The notes under the pieces were generated by a model that did not search any database, was not told where the DNA came from, and saw nothing but the letters and a program-made list of their open reading frames with translations. From Camelus dromedarius (taxonomy: Eukaryota): a DNA stretch of 64,000 bases. Positions 23,867 to 37,500 of the stretch are shown in pieces (within the stretch, counting starts at the first letter, position 1; each line of letters opens with the position of its first letter). The position numbers and the translations under genes are program-made. The stretch is from positions 38,380,001 through 38,444,000 of the forward strand of contig NC_087436.1 of NCBI RefSeq assembly GCF_036321535.1, in the 5' to 3' direction.

Positions 23867-25139
23867 TGACCCAATTTATTTTTAATTTTTGAATTGGCTT
23901 GATGAATTTTTACAATAACATTATAAATAAAGTCTCTGCAGAATTCCAAAAGTATAGACCTTGAATGGTGATTTTTTTTAAGTCTCTGTAAAGTTTTACA
24001 TGCTGATTTCTGTCTATATAGCCTTTCCTTACATCCTTGCTCTTCAAGACTCAATTCAAACGTCATCTTTCTCAGACACTGACTCTAAGTTACCTCCACA
24101 CCATTTTACTGAAAAGAAGTCATTAATCCCACCTCCATTTCACTGCTACAGCTTACACACCTCTCAATTCTTGTGTATAAATAGCCCTTTCTTATAATCT
24201 GCTTCCCCTTCCAGCACCTGCTCCACTGCACCACGCTGCCTTCCTGCAATGGAGTTTTCTGTGGTTTCATATCCACACGATTCAACCTTCACCTTTGCAA
24301 AAGGGGGAAAAAAAAGCTTGAGATGTTGTGATCTAACTTATTGATCTATAATTTGGATGCATGACTGAGTAAAAATGAGAGACTGCACGATCAACTTGTG
24401 AGTGTTGTTTATCCATTAAACAAAAGCACCACCAACCATGGCTGTGCAAGTCTTCACATGTTACCGTGATGATCAATTTCAGATCCCTCTACCAAGTGGG
24501 AATGGGTCTGGAGCTTCATGTTAATGTAATCATTCCCTTCTCTACTGAGACTGGCAACAAGGCCACCAGTTGGCATCCTTTTGATTTAGCATTTAAAATA
24601 GCTCTTGATAATAGCAGAAGATCCTGTCATCCTTTTCACAGGGGTAGTGTTGATGGTTGCTGCTCCAATTCCAGTCATTTACACACTGTGCACCTACCGT
24701 GGAGCAGCAGGCCAGCTGCAGGGCCTGACTTGACAGGTGGAGGACAGATGCTGCGCCCTGGACGTGTCCTTGGGCCCCTGAGTTTGGGCTTCTTTTCTGG
24801 AAAGCAGAGACAAGCACATCATGTTTAATCAGACTAATCACATTAATATGTTCACACTTTTTTTTACTCACACACACAAATATAATACCTAAATTTTTTT
24901 CACTTAATAAGAAATAAAACAATATGTCTGTTAAACACGTTTGCTTTGTCACATTCCTTGAGAATCCTGGATTTCTATTTCCCTTTTGGTATATCATGTG
25001 ATACCTATTTTTCTTCCTCTAATTAGAATTTAGTTTCAATTGTTCACTTTCTATGGAGTTTGGGTTCCATCATACAACATTATTAAAAATAAGATACAGT
25101 AGCAGCAGTGAGGGTGATGTATTCAACTTCCATGTCCCC

Positions 25140-25334
25140 CAGTGAAGTGAAGGAAACACTATATCCGAGAGGCTGGAGCCAGGTCCTGAGCTCCAGTCCT
25201 TGCTCTTCACTAACTGCAGAGCCATCTTTGCTGGTCCGTGGACCCCTCTGGATCTGAGCTGTTCTGCTTTAAAGTGGGAGGATAGGTTGTCATCTTAGAC
25301 CTCTTCCACTTTTAAATCTGTTGTGAGCCTATGA
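25140..25334 (+). mobile_element. MIR3-like SINE
   Basis: ggctggagccaggtcctgagctccagtccttgctcttcactaactg...tttaaagtgggagg...cctcttccacttttaaatctgttgtgagcctatga. Confidence 0.65.
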
Positions 25335-25479
25335 AATATTGGAGGAACTATTATCCAAATAAAGTATGGTGGGGGATACTAGGGTATTGTTTCTGTCCTC
25401 AGAGAGTTAATGATAAACGTAATATGAATAGATGTAAGAAGCTAAGCCCAGAGACATTGGCAGTGAAAAACTTAGATCT

Positions 25480-25876
25480 TGTATTAGTCTGTTTGGGCTG
25501 CCAAATGAACTATCACCCACAGGGTGGCTTAAAGAATAGAAATTTATTTTCTTGCAGTCCTGGGTGCCAAAAGTCCAAGATTAAGGTGGCATCCAGGTTG
25601 GTTTCTGGTAAGACCTGTCTTCCTGGTTTGTAGACAGCCCCTTCTCACTACATCCACACATGGCCCTCCTTCTGTGTGGCAGAGAAAGAGAAAGCATTCT
25701 GGTGTCCCCTCCTCTTCTTCTAAGAACATCAGTTATGAGAGATTAGGGTTCCACCCTTATGGCTTCATTTACCTTTTATTACCTCATGAAAGGCCCCATT
25801 TTTCAGACACCATAACACTGGGGACTAGGACTTCAACGTCTGAATTTGGCGGGGAGACACAGTTCAGCCCATGGCA
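25480..25876 (-). mobile_element. MLT1B/MLT1A-like MaLR solo LTR (full length, 397 bp)
   Basis: tgtattagtctgtttgggctgcc...ggtggcttaaagaatagaaatttattt...aagtccaagattaaggtg...ggacttcaacgtctgaatttggcggggagacacagttcagcccatggca. Confidence 0.92.
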
Positions 25877-25894
25877 GCCCTCTTTCAGTTTCAC

Positions 25895-26030
25895 CATATA
25901 TAGCTAAATGACTCTGCCCACGTTATTTAACCTGATTCTCACTTTCCTCATAGAGAAAATAATAATCATGTACTTTTCAAGAAAAGATTATGAAGACTAA
26001 ATAGAATAAAAGATTACAATGTATGATGTT
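25895..26030 (+). mobile_element. MIR fragment
   Basis: tagctaaatgactctgcccacgttatttaacct...ctttcctcat...attatgaagactaaatag. Confidence 0.55.
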
Positions 26031-26194
26031 AATTATAAAATGTTAAAGAAACACCACTCAACAATATTATAAAAATGATTAGTGCCAGGAATATTATGTG
26101 CACCTGAGTCAAAAAAAAAAGCATAATCTATGGATTGGAGTTATCAGAAGGCATTGGGGCTGAAGTAGGAATATAAAATCTTAGTTATGAGTAA

Positions 26195-26355
26195 ACTGCT
26201 TTTTAATCACAAAGCCTTGAGTTCAAATCCTGTCTTAATTTAGTTACCATGTGAATTTGGACAAGTTTTAAAATGTTTTTAAGCTGCAGCTTTCTCACCT
26301 GTAAAATAAAAATAATAATATTGCTTCTATTGGGCTTCACAAGAGTGATAATACT
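26195..26355 (+). mobile_element. MIR SINE
   Basis: gagttcaaatcctgtc...catgtgaatttggacaagtt...cagctttctcacctgtaaaataaaaataataata. Confidence 0.75.
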
Positions 26356-26544
26356 GCAGCTTAAGTTAATAGTAACAAATATTAATTATCTTTAAAAGGA
26401 CCTTAAAGGATATGTGGGAAAACGGAAGGGTTGTGTCAGTAGGAATGGGCAAGTGTATGTAGTGAACAGGGAACAGACAGGGAGTAATGGAGCTAATGTT
26501 AAACAGAAAATAGTAATACATTCGAAAAGATACGATGGAGTTAA

Positions 26545-27031
26545 GGTAAAAGAGGTTACTGCATAATAAACCACTCCAAAAACTCAGTAGTTTGAAACAA
26601 CAATTACTTATTCTCACAGGAATGGCTGGCTATTAGCTGATCTGGACTGGACAAGGGTCCCTAGCTCTGCTTCAAACTACCGGTCCAGCTAAGGTGGGCT
26701 CCCCACATTGCATTGGGTACATGTACGTTCCACACTTCTCTCATCTCCCTTGGACCTGCAGTCTGTTGAGTCCTGTGTCTCTCAGGGGAATGACAGAAAT
26801 ACAATTTGGCAAACCCAACAACCGAAGTGCAATTCATGCCTCTCTTTGTGTTGTGTCTGGAACAACTCTACTGCCAAAGTCGGCCACATCGCCAAGCCCC
26901 AAATCAAGAGATAGAAAAACGAAAGTACATTCTGCCTTCCAGGAGGTCAATGCAAGTCTTAAAATAAGACCAAAGCAAAATCAAGGGGGAGACAGAGGAA
27001 TGAATGGTGAAGCTAACATACTGCACTAACA
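26545..27031 (-). mobile_element. MLT1H-like MaLR solo LTR
   Basis: tactgcataataaaccactccaaaaactcagtagtttgaaacaacaa...tctcatctcccttggacc...gccaaagtcggccacatcgccaagccccaaatcaag. Confidence 0.75.
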
Positions 27032-27039
27032 AATACAAG

Positions 27040-28260
27040 GGCTTATCTTGAAGACAAGGCTCTTAGTTTTTTTCAGCAGCAGAAATGGATGGCATCCAGG
27101 TATTTCAGGGAAAAATAATCTGCAAGTGTGCCACAGAAGTTGAAAGAAGGGAATCCCAGAGGCTGGTTAAAAGGTAACCATTGCAGCCAACTGGGAGGTG
27201 ACAGTCTGAGCTAAATTAGGGGTAACATGATACTTATATTCCAAAGAAGGGACAGACAGAAAAATCACTTCAAAATAAGTAGCCATGAGACTTAAAATTT
27301 CTTTTGATATGGAAAAATAAGTGAACATTGGAAGAGTGGTAAAACAGCTACCTATTGTTGCCTAGTCGATTACTCCCAGCTCTGTGACATAAAATAACAG
27401 TAATTATAATCGAGGGTAGTCTGTGAACTGGGAATTCAGGAACAGTTTAGTTGGGTGGTTCTGGCCCAAGGTCTCTCATGTGGTTGCAGTTAGCTGGAGA
27501 GACGTCAACCGGAGCGGCCATCTGAAGACCTGCATGAAGCTAGAAGAGCCACCTGCAAGCCAGCTCACACGCGTGGCTGGCACGTTGCTGGAGCTGTGAC
27601 GGGGAGCCTCCGTTCCCCTCCACGTGGGCTGGGAAGACTGGCCTCACAATAAGGTGGCTGGTTTCTCCCACAGTGAGTGACCTAAGAGGAAGCAAGGCAG
27701 AAGCCACAAAGCCCTTTACGACCCAGCCTCAGAACTCACACATCTCTCTGCCACACTCTATTCATTAGAAGTGATTATTAAACTCAGCATGCATTCTTTT
27801 GAAGAGAAGAGTGTCAAAGAATTTGGGGACATAGGAAAATAAAACCACCACAGGAAAATAACAACAGTATTTAGTTTTAGACTTACCAAGTTTGCAATAC
27901 ATATAACCACCAATGGAAATATCAAATGAACAGCCTAGCTATTGAAACAGAATATGGGTCAAAAAAGATCATTTTTGGAGTTATCTACATAGTTGTAGTA
28001 GGTGAAGACCTAAAGGTAGTTGAAAATATGGAGAAACGGAGCTTAGAAAGAAAGGAATAGGGTTGCCTGTACTATTTGAGAAGAGGTAGAGGGGAGGGAT
28101 GATACCAGAAAAGAAAATAAGAAAACAGAAAAGGGTCTACAACAGTAAATTTTATGTAAAAATCAAGGATAGGGAAGCCATTGTAAGGGCATTGACATTT
28201 CTTTGATACCAGATAAAGATGTAGCTAGAAATCAGAACAGCTTCTTTTATCAAAGAAGTT
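27040..28260 (-). mobile_element. L2 fragment (interrupted by MLT1F)
   Basis: ctggttaaaaggtaaccattgcagcc...gtctgagctaa; ttagttttagacttaccaagtttg...caatggaaatatcaaatgaacagc...ttttggagttatctacatag. Confidence 0.65.
27339..27852 (-). mobile_element. MLT1F-like MaLR solo LTR
   Basis: ggtggttctggcccaaggtctctcatgtggttgcagt...gctcacacgcgtggctggcacgttg...cccctccacgtgggc...cagcctcagaactcacac...agaagagtgtcaaagaatttggggacat...aaaaccaccaca. Confidence 0.88.
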
Positions 28261-31200
28261 TTTGGTTTTCTTCCTTTGAAGTGGAGAAGTCGTGAGACAG
28301 TTAACAGGAGGTCAATAGGGAAGTTGTTGAGAGCTCTGAACAAAGCAACTGAAAAATTGTTAACACGATGCTTTCTATATTGAAGACAATTTTATAGGGT
28401 GCAAGTCATTCTTGAGATAGTTATAAAAGAATATTCAGGAGAAATATGCCTGGACTACACAGAAATAACAAATGAATGACAAAATCAAAAGGCAAAACAA
28501 TACATGTGGTAAAGTGGAGCAGGTTTGAAAAAGAATGTCTGAGAACCCAGTCCAGTGTAGCTGTGTGGAAAATTTTATAGCAAGTCAAAATGTGAAGAAG
28601 AAATACTGCTGAACCTGACATCTGCAGTCACAGCAGCCTCTCAAATGTTTTCAAACATGCACTACAAATATGGCAGCAATATGAAAATATATCTTTCTTT
28701 TTATCTTTGTTTCTTTAGAGTCTGCAATTAGCCGGATCAACTACATTCTAAAATATAAGGTGAAACTTACTAAAATTCCCATCAGGAAGACAAAAGCGTT
28801 ATCAGACAAATAAATAAATAAATAACTTTCTCCAAATAAAACCAGTGAAACTATAAACAGGCTCCATGTGATTCCATTTCAAAGATAAGATGGTCGGTCA
28901 TCAGGTTGCTAGCTAGTTAGAAAATGACATCACCTTATAAAATCCCCTCAACATCCATGGCCTGGTTTCCAAGAACCTTTTATTTTATACTTTTTTTCTG
29001 CAGGCAAAAGAGTCCTAAGTATTTTACTTAAGGGTTTGGTTCCCTTTGGTTCTTTAAACAGTGCATCAGTCCCCAACCCATGAAACTCACAAGACGAGTT
29101 TCAGCGTCCACGTTCTAAAGAGGCTGCCTTTCCACAAAGTGGCCTCATGATGTCTGTCTGGCTGGGTTCTGTGCAGGTTCAATCGCTTCATTGAAAACAT
29201 AATAAAACTATGGAGAATGGAACTTGGTGACCCTGTTTCACAGTTTTCCAAAGCACAAGAAAAGAATCAGGGCATTGAAAAGTGAGTCCAAACTTTTATG
29301 GGTTTTCTTTGCCCCAGACCTCAGACAAGAGCATTGTCACGAAGCAGCAGTATTCCTAAAGGGGAGTCTCAGCATTGATATGTAAATGTAGGCTACAAAC
29401 ATCCCATTTGGCTCCAGCATTCCTGCGTCCAGCACTGTCACACAAATAGTTTTTGAATCTCAGCAGTTTATTCAGGACCATAAATATGTGTTTCACCCTG
29501 TGAACAAATTCTGTTTGCTCACAGAGCTCGCAAGCAGTGAAATACAAGGTAGACTATAAAACAGCCCCATTTGATGGGATGTGCCTCTAGGCAGAGATAT
29601 TTTTTACATGGATCCAATTTTTACTTATGACCCAAGATTTTTCGTGCAAATATAGCATACCCCAGATGGTAAAATTTTTAAATTATTATTTGAAGGCCAG
29701 TTCTTTGTATTGAAATAACTCTTTAAAAAAAGAGCAATGTAAAAACAACTTTAGTTCATGTAACTAAACACTGTTAGTAAAATTATGAAATCCTCATCAT
29801 TGCTTCTTAACAGATCAAATAGAGAAAGGAAGAAAACTCATTGTGAAGACACATAAGGAGGAGCTGGAATGGTGGTAGAATATACTCTGGGAAACAATGT
29901 AGATCAACTTTTGAAATAGTTTGAAAAAACATTCCAACCACCAGAATTCTATTTAGCCCACAAAATTTGTATCAGCTCTACCCACATTTCCCAATGCTAT
30001 TTCCAGCTCCTTCCAATCATCCATCCCTCTTCTTTCTGTAGCTGCTCTACCCCTAGGTAACTGCTTGCATATAACAGACAACTGAACTCTCCCCATTTCA
30101 CACTGCACCACTGAACACACACAGGAGAGTGTAAGGTAGAATGCGGGAAAGTGCTTTTTCTATGAGCTCCATCCTGATTTTTTAAGGCACTGGACCCATG
30201 ATTATGTGTCTGTTTTCATGACAAATCAAAGCTGAAAAGAATGAGTTTAAAAATCCCCAAGATTCCAAAGGTAAATATAAAACACCTACGTCTGTAAGGA
30301 TGAGTGCGACAGAGCACACAGTATCAAAACAGAGACCATGCTGTGTTAAAGCACCTGCTGACAGCAAATTCTTCTCCATCGGAGGACTAGGAGATAACGG
30401 GCAAAGGTGGAGCCTGTAACTGTATGTCGCACTTTGATGACTGCGTAGACTCAGTCTACTTTGATTTAATTTTCAGTATCAGATCATGTGGTTCCTAGTC
30501 CTCTGCTAAGGTTCTCATTCTTGATTTTCCTTCCCTCACTTCTTTATTTACTCAAGATGATGACCCCAGCTGTGGACGTGGTAAGGGATGAGTCCCCGAG
30601 TCCAAGTGGTGAGGAGAAGGAGTGTGCGCTCTGTCAGAAATGTGAGGAAGTCACGACAGGCTACACTGGTGAGAGTGGAGATTCCTTTGTCTGAACACCA
30701 TTATTAAATTGCACAATTTAAAAATTAACAAAATCTCATCATTTCCACTCATTATATTTTAGATGTTAAATCTTAATAATTATTTTGTCGAGAGCATGAC
30801 AGAGGCATTAAATCTCTCTACACAAATACCTTCCCAGAGTATTTCTTAAATCTCTTAAATAGAGTGAGGCACTAAAGATCTATTTAAGGGCAAATAAATA
30901 ATGTTTATGTACTTCCCCAAATCATTAATTTCATCAAAATGGATAAAGTGAGAATAGTTATTATAGTATGTTAATATAATATACTATTATACCTCTCATA
31001 ATATATTAGGAAACCCTATTTCATTTTATTTTATGTAAGTTGTCAATTTTAATCAGCTAATAAAAACCATTAAGTTTGGATAAAGGATAAAGTCTCAAGT
31101 AAAGGAAACAGTGACTCTAATAATAGTTAAAAGTTGTAAGTAGTTAACATCTAAGATAGTCTAGTTTCCCATAATAAAAAAGAAAGGCAGTAAGGGGATC

Positions 31201-31901
31201 TTAAAAAATCAAAGAAAAACAAATGACATTTTAAGAAATTGTGAGTAAACATTTGTTCATTTTAGACTTTAAAAGAAAAGAAAAACTGTCAGTCACTCCG
31301 TTGGGAAAAGGAACTTAACAATATTCAGGAAGGAGGATGTTATGATTATGAATCAAAGTTTTCAATGCCAAGAAAACTTTGAACAAATTCATTTTCTCAA
31401 GTCAAATTTTGGAAGCATTGGTTGTCCCTTGCTTTCCCTTTCTAATTTTCAGCAGTACTTAATGCATGTCTCTTTCATAGTTGTAAACAAGTAAGGAGTT
31501 ACTAAAATATAGTAAAGATAAGGGACAACTTAGGAAAGGGAGAAATTGAAAGATATTTATTCCCTTTTGTAATTGTTTTTATAAATTTTGCAGGGAAAAG
31601 TCATCTTGGAACACATCCTGACGTTGGAGGAGGCTTTTCTGAGGAAATAAACCCCCAGTTTGTGTTTGTTTCCTTTTTTCTATCTAGTCTTTATCTTCCT
31701 AGAGTAATTGCAATGAATTACAAATTGAAAATTTGAAGATATTTTTTAAAAGATAAATACTTCTCAAACTATTTCATTTTGCATTTAACTGTATAAAGCT
31801 GACTAATTGTGTAATACTCTCAGATTTTTATGACATCTGCTTAGCTTTAAATGTGGGCACGATCTTACAGTTTATATGCAAACAGGGGGTTTATTTGAGG
31901 C

Positions 31902-31923
31902 ACTGGTGCCATCTGCTGGACAC
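31902..31923 (-). promoter_or_regulatory. Candidate CTCF binding site
   Basis: Minus strand reads GTGTCCAGCAGATGGCACCAGT; the core CCAGCAGATGGCAC (31919-31906) matches CCASYAGRKGGCRS at every position. Confidence 0.6.
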
Positions 31924-32233
31924 TAATAAAATTAAAGAATTGTGACAATTGTCCTGTACGTGAGAAGTCTAACCAAGTGAAGACCTTGTTCTTTAAAATG
32001 TAATCTTTCTAAAAACACTCAATGTTTTCAATGTACCCAAAAATACTTTCAGCCCTATGTTTCAATTTGGCATACCAGGAAATATGATGAAAAGTCGTCT
32101 TGGAATATTTGCCATCACAAATATAGTTTTAAAGTACATTTAACATTCAACAAACTATGCACTGGGTATTCTGAGAATGTAACACAAAAAGGACTCCGGA
32201 GCCCTCCTTCAAGATACTTGGACTCTCACGGCT

Positions 32234-32577
32234 GATAGGTGGATTGCCAGAGGTGGGGAGTGGGAGGTGGGCAAAATGGGTGAAGGTGGTTAAAAGGTAC
32301 AAACTTCCAGTTATAAAATGAATAAGTCTTGGGGATGTAATGTAGAGCATGATGACTATAGTCAATACTGTATTGTATATATGAAAGTTGCTAGAAGAGT
32401 AAATCTTAAAAGTTCTTATCATAAGAAAAAATGTGTAACTATGTATGGTGATGAATGTTAACTGGATCACAAGGTGTGGTGATCATTTTGCAATAAGCAG
32501 ATATATTGAATCATTAAGTTGTACACCTGAAACTAATATAATGTTATATCCCTATTATATCTCAATTGAAAATAATG
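32234..32577 (+). mobile_element. L1MA9-like L1 3' UTR
   Basis: gggtgaaggtggttaaaaggtacaaacttccagttataaaatgaataagtc...gtaaatcttaaaagttct...ttgtacacctgaaactaatataatgttatat. Confidence 0.9.
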
Positions 32578-32619
32578 ATAGTAACATCCAAAGCATAAAA
32601 AGCAATGAGAAAAAGTATT

Positions 32620-32769
32620 TCAAAATCTTCTCACATTTATTCATAATGTTTGTCATTACTGGTTTAATGTATGTCCTTTTCCACTAGATTATAAGACTAC
32701 ATACCAGAGCTGAGGAGAATGCCTGGCATATGCACAGTAGGTTTGTGAGAAATGAATGAATGAATGAAC
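32620..32769 (+). mobile_element. L2 3' end with (GAAT)n tail
   Basis: ttccactagattataagact...atgcctggcatat...aaatgaatgaatgaatgaac. Confidence 0.7.
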
Positions 32770-33139
32770 AGGTTCTAGACTGGCTTATGTTCTCTTAACC
32801 TAGTGAGAAAGGAAGTATTAAGTTAAGCTGACATGTAGCAGAAGGAAAAGGAAGACTGGTACATATGAATGGAATGAATAAAAATGTATAGTACAATAAA
32901 AAAGTTTGGAACTTGCTCTTAATTTTTTCACATACATATTAAAATCGCTATGGATAGTTTTTCTGTACTTAAATGAATATCAAAGGGTAACAGTGACAAA
33001 CAATTTGATTAAATAAAAGATACTCCATATTTTTCTCTCTTTAAAACAAATAAATATTAATTTGGATAAGAAAAGGCATTGAAAACCAGGGATAAAGGAA
33101 GGAGCCCCAGATGGAGAAAAGTGCATTGTCTGTTCACAG

Positions 33140-33355
33140 AGTTGAGTATTCCCAGTGGTAGGCACTGTTTTAATTGCAACAGTGTTAATTCATTTAATCC
33201 TCAAAACACCTCTATGAGGGAGATATTATTATTAACTTTGTTTTAGAGAAGAGCACATAAGAAGTTTAATAACTCTCCCAGGATCACAAAGCTAGGAAGT
33301 GAATCTTTTCTACACACACAGGCACTGGGATCTCAAAGCTTAAGCTCTTACTGTG
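33140..33355 (-). mobile_element. MIR SINE
   Basis: aggcactgtttta...tcatttaatcctcaaaacacctctatgaggg...taactctcccaggatcacaaagctaggaagt. Confidence 0.8.
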
Positions 33356-33356
33356 C

Positions 33357-33860
33357 CAGCAATTCTTAAAGTGTGTTCCTAAGACCTTCCAAGGGGTGTG
33401 CGACTCCTGCAGGGGTCTATGAAATCAAAACAATAGTCATCATAGCATTCAGAAGACACTTGTATTTTTCATCCTCATTCTTGTACAAGTGTGCAGTAGT
33501 TTCCTAAAGGCTCTATGTTGAATGATATACAACTGAATATAGAAACAGAAATGAGGATCCATCTATACTTTCTATTAAGCAAAACATTAAAGAGATTTGA
33601 AAGTATGTGAAACAGTGCCAGTCCTCTTACTAATTATTTTTGGTTTTAGAAAATGGTTATTTTTCATGAAAGCATGTATTCTTATTAACATAGAATAGCT
33701 TTACTGTTGTTAATTTAAATTAAGTCAAAAGTTTTCATTTTTAATTTCTACTACAATAAATATCTATAGATATAACCCACTTAAACAAAGGCTCTTTGAG
33801 GGCCTCAATGATTTTTAAAAGTGTAGAAGAATCCTGAGACCCAAAAGTTAGAAACTTCCA
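33357..33860 (+). mobile_element. Charlie4a-like hAT DNA transposon (~500 bp)
   Basis: ttcttaaagtgtgttcc...ggggtctatgaaatcaaaac...ttctattaagcaaaacattaaagagatttg...tagatataacccacttaaacaaaggctctttgagggcctcaatgatttttaaaagtgtag...tcctgagacccaaaagtt. Confidence 0.85.
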
Positions 33861-34139
33861 TACTCTGCTTAGGTATAGTGAATACAAAACGTTGCACCAT
33901 TTGCTGTTTTCACATTCACACCAGTTAATACTTCTTGTAACACAAATATATGCTTCAGCAAAATTACAAATGACTAGATGTCACAGACCTTGGGAACATG
34001 CAGGCAGGTTGAATTAAATCAATGAGATCATTTAAGGTTTTGAACACCACAATAAGGATGTTTTTCTGCGTGCTATACAAAGTCAATTAAGATTTTTAAT
34101 ATAAAATAGTGCTAAATGGAGTTTGGAAAAAGTATATAT

Positions 34140-34530
34140 AATGAATTGGAGATACAAATACTGAAGGTAGAATAAAATGGAGAAACAACAGATAGCTTAC
34201 TGAATGGAATAAAAATTACTGCAAGAAAGTAACGGATGTCCTATAAAAAATTTTAAAATTGTAAAGGAGAGGATAAAGCTAAGGAATTATTTTAAATGTT
34301 TTAAATATATAAAAGATTATTATATTTAACATAAAAAATTATTATGTGGAAAATATAATTCATTTTCTATCAGAGTGCATGAGTCCTTTTATGGTGAAGT
34401 GGACTTAAATCTCAGTCAAATAATTTGGTTAAATTATAAAATAAACTGTTGATCACTGAGGATGATTTTATATTGGAATATACCACAAAGAGAATGTCAA
34501 CAACATCTCTCCCTGGAAATATATTACATG
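34140..34530 (+). mobile_element. Probable CR1/L3 3' fragment
   Basis: tgtcctataaaaaa...ggagaggataaagcta...ttttaaatatataaaagattat...gtggacttaaat...tattggaat...catctctccctggaaatat resembles the L3 3' region. Confidence 0.45.
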
Positions 34531-37500
34531 TTAATTTCCATATGATTACTGGCTAGAGCAGATATCTGTTGAGAGACAATATAATGAATTGTATGGTGAA
34601 TCACAGCTCAGAAGTACTGGCCTGATTACACCATCTGTTAACTAGAATCATCAGCAGTAAAAAAGACACATTCTGAGTATCCTTTTTTTCATATCTCATA
34701 TGTTTTTTATAAGGACCATCTTGTACACAAAGGCATATGGTGAGTATAAAATACTGTTCCACAATAGATGCTTTTGATGATGCTGATAATGCTAATGACA
34801 ACACAAAAGCCCACCCATTGCTATGATTTCATAAAGATCTAGTATTTATTCTTCTTCTATTCATATACATTATTCCAGAGTCTGGGAAAATAGTGTGAGT
34901 AAACAGACAAGACCTCAAACTAACAGAAACACAAGTTTTTAATAAAAATACTTTGGTTTACACTGGGAATCTATTTGTTCCCAGATCTATTTGCACTAAG
35001 AAATATAAGTACAAAAGTTATATGAAGTCCATGTTAAATGATATTTTCTTGGGGTTTTTTTTGTGATTTTTATTAAAAGTTTAACAAAGGAAGATAATTC
35101 CAAAATGGTGGAGTTAACAGAAGTTTGCAATTTGTTGATGGGTATGTTCCAAAAGGTATAGTATATAGTCTGAATTTTATTCAGACAAAAATCACAAAAG
35201 AATTCATTAAAAATAAACAAAACCAAATAAAGTTGGTAACTTAATCAAGTTTTGTGGTTTATTTTTCTAAAATTGACTCAAATATGTTAAAAGATAATCC
35301 TCTTTAGAGGATTTCCTAGATTTGCAGTCTATCCTGTAATGAAAAGAGGTAAGGTGATTGTATACACAGACATAAACAAAAATTCTGCTTATACATAAAT
35401 ACATATGCTATATATATATATATATTTTTGAACAGAGGGATTTATTTAGGTGAAATATATTATAGGCTTTAGAAAATGTCCTTAAAATTTTTCTTTCCCA
35501 TAATGAAATACAGTAGAAAAAAGGATCATTTTACAAAAGTGTTTTACTGTTGCCGTCTTTCATCGTATTTGAAGAGAAACAAGAAGTTAATCTTGTGGCA
35601 ATGCCAGGCCCTGATAAGCGATACTACTTGGGTTCTCACAGCAGATGTAGCTACAGATAATGAAACTGCCACTATTCAACTGAATAAGCAGATCAGTTGA
35701 CAGTAAGATCGATAACAAAGATATTAAAGTCTTTTGCCAAATATACATACTCACCCACAGAGCTATTTCACAAAAGCATATAAACTTAAGTCATTTGAGA
35801 TTGATTCCCTAACAATCAACTACTTTGCAAAATAGGAAGGAAAAACTGACACAATAGACACTGGGGAGAATTCCAAGCCCTGTTTATACTTGAGAAAGTA
35901 TCTTTGGTTATATTAAAGTAAAAGGTCCTTATGAAAAAATAAAGCTGATTTAGAAAGGCTCCATAAATTCCAAAGTTTTTCTTTGAAAAATCAGCATTTA
36001 CTGAAACTATTTTCTTCTATAGTTTTCACCTCCTCAGACATGTTTCTATTACACATAGGAATTAACAGATCAAAATAACATTCTCCAAAATGAGAACTGA
36101 CTTCATTGAAGACAGAAAATACACAGTTTGAAAGTGATATTTGAAATCTTCAAAAACTTAGTAATTTCTGACCTTTATTGGGAAAATGAAGTAAAATATA
36201 CTGGAATGTTCACTTAATAGAGAATCTACCCTTTAACGACAGAGGGGAAACTGTCCAAAGCAGATGAAACAATCAGTCATAATTGTGAACAGCTGCACAC
36301 CTACAAAAACCAAGCAAAAATTCCTACAGAAAAAGTAGAAAGCAGCATTTGTTCTTTTTAAGCCAAATGATTTCCCATGAGGAACAAAGCTCATAATAAT
36401 TGGTCAAACACTCCATCAGCCAAGAGCAAACTCAAGAATTAAGAAAAAATACATATGACACGGGAAAAAATTCAATGAGTCAGAGCTTAAATTTAACCTG
36501 TTAGGTGAAAAGGGGCTTCTTATGCCCAATGTTTAAAGTGGGGCATATGTCAAAGGTTTAAGAGGACTACCAAGTCATCTACTGGATTATCAGATTATCA
36601 AAAAAGCAGGAGCATTAAGTTGTGATGGCTGAGGGACTGAGTAGCTAAATACATCCTCTGGAGACCAAATGACCAGAGGATCAAAATCATAGAATGTTCC
36701 CGCCATTAATTTGTTGCACTTTTCCAATAATTTCTCTACAAAAGCCATATGCAATTTATCCTTGTGTGTCTAACTTGGCAGACTCATTGTGGACCAGCAG
36801 AACTTAGAAATTATACTATGCCTTCTTTTGTTAACACCATGTGATTATGCATCTCCAAAACCGGAGTCTAGTAGAAATGACGTTGAAGATGATCTTGGCC
36901 GTTTATGGATACCTGATTCAGGTTCAGCCTTTCTTTCTCTACTGCACCCTCCAGCCAGATGTTTAAGGAGAGTTCCAGGGGGCAGTTTGTGCAAGGAGAG
37001 TATGGACATCTCGAAGAATATTCATCATTAAGAGATTCCCCTAGCCTAACACATCTTCAATTAACAATGAGAAATGTCTACACCAAACCCTGGATATGTC
37101 CCTTGTCCCCACATCCTGAAAACAGAGTCATCCAGCCCTCCACTGAACAAACTTCTCAAGGTCTTGTACCCCAGCAAAATTCTTTGTTTTTCTTTTCTAA
37201 AGACAGTTTGCTTTTTCTATCTTTTAGTTTCATTGCTGTTAATTGGTTATACCATTACTCAAATGGAAGCTTGACAGAATTACAATTCAGGTAATATCTT
37301 CCAAATGTAGAATATTTAAGTTTGAATCTTAAGAGTAAATTTCTTCCATTTTAAATTAATTTTGTCTATATTTTAAAATAATCTTGAAATTTCTGTTTGT
37401 TTTACTGCTGTCAGTTAAGTAAATATGCAGTTGTTTATACTAAAACTTGTTAGAATTATATTTCTTAGGATAGCATTTTATAAATATAGATTATTTACAT

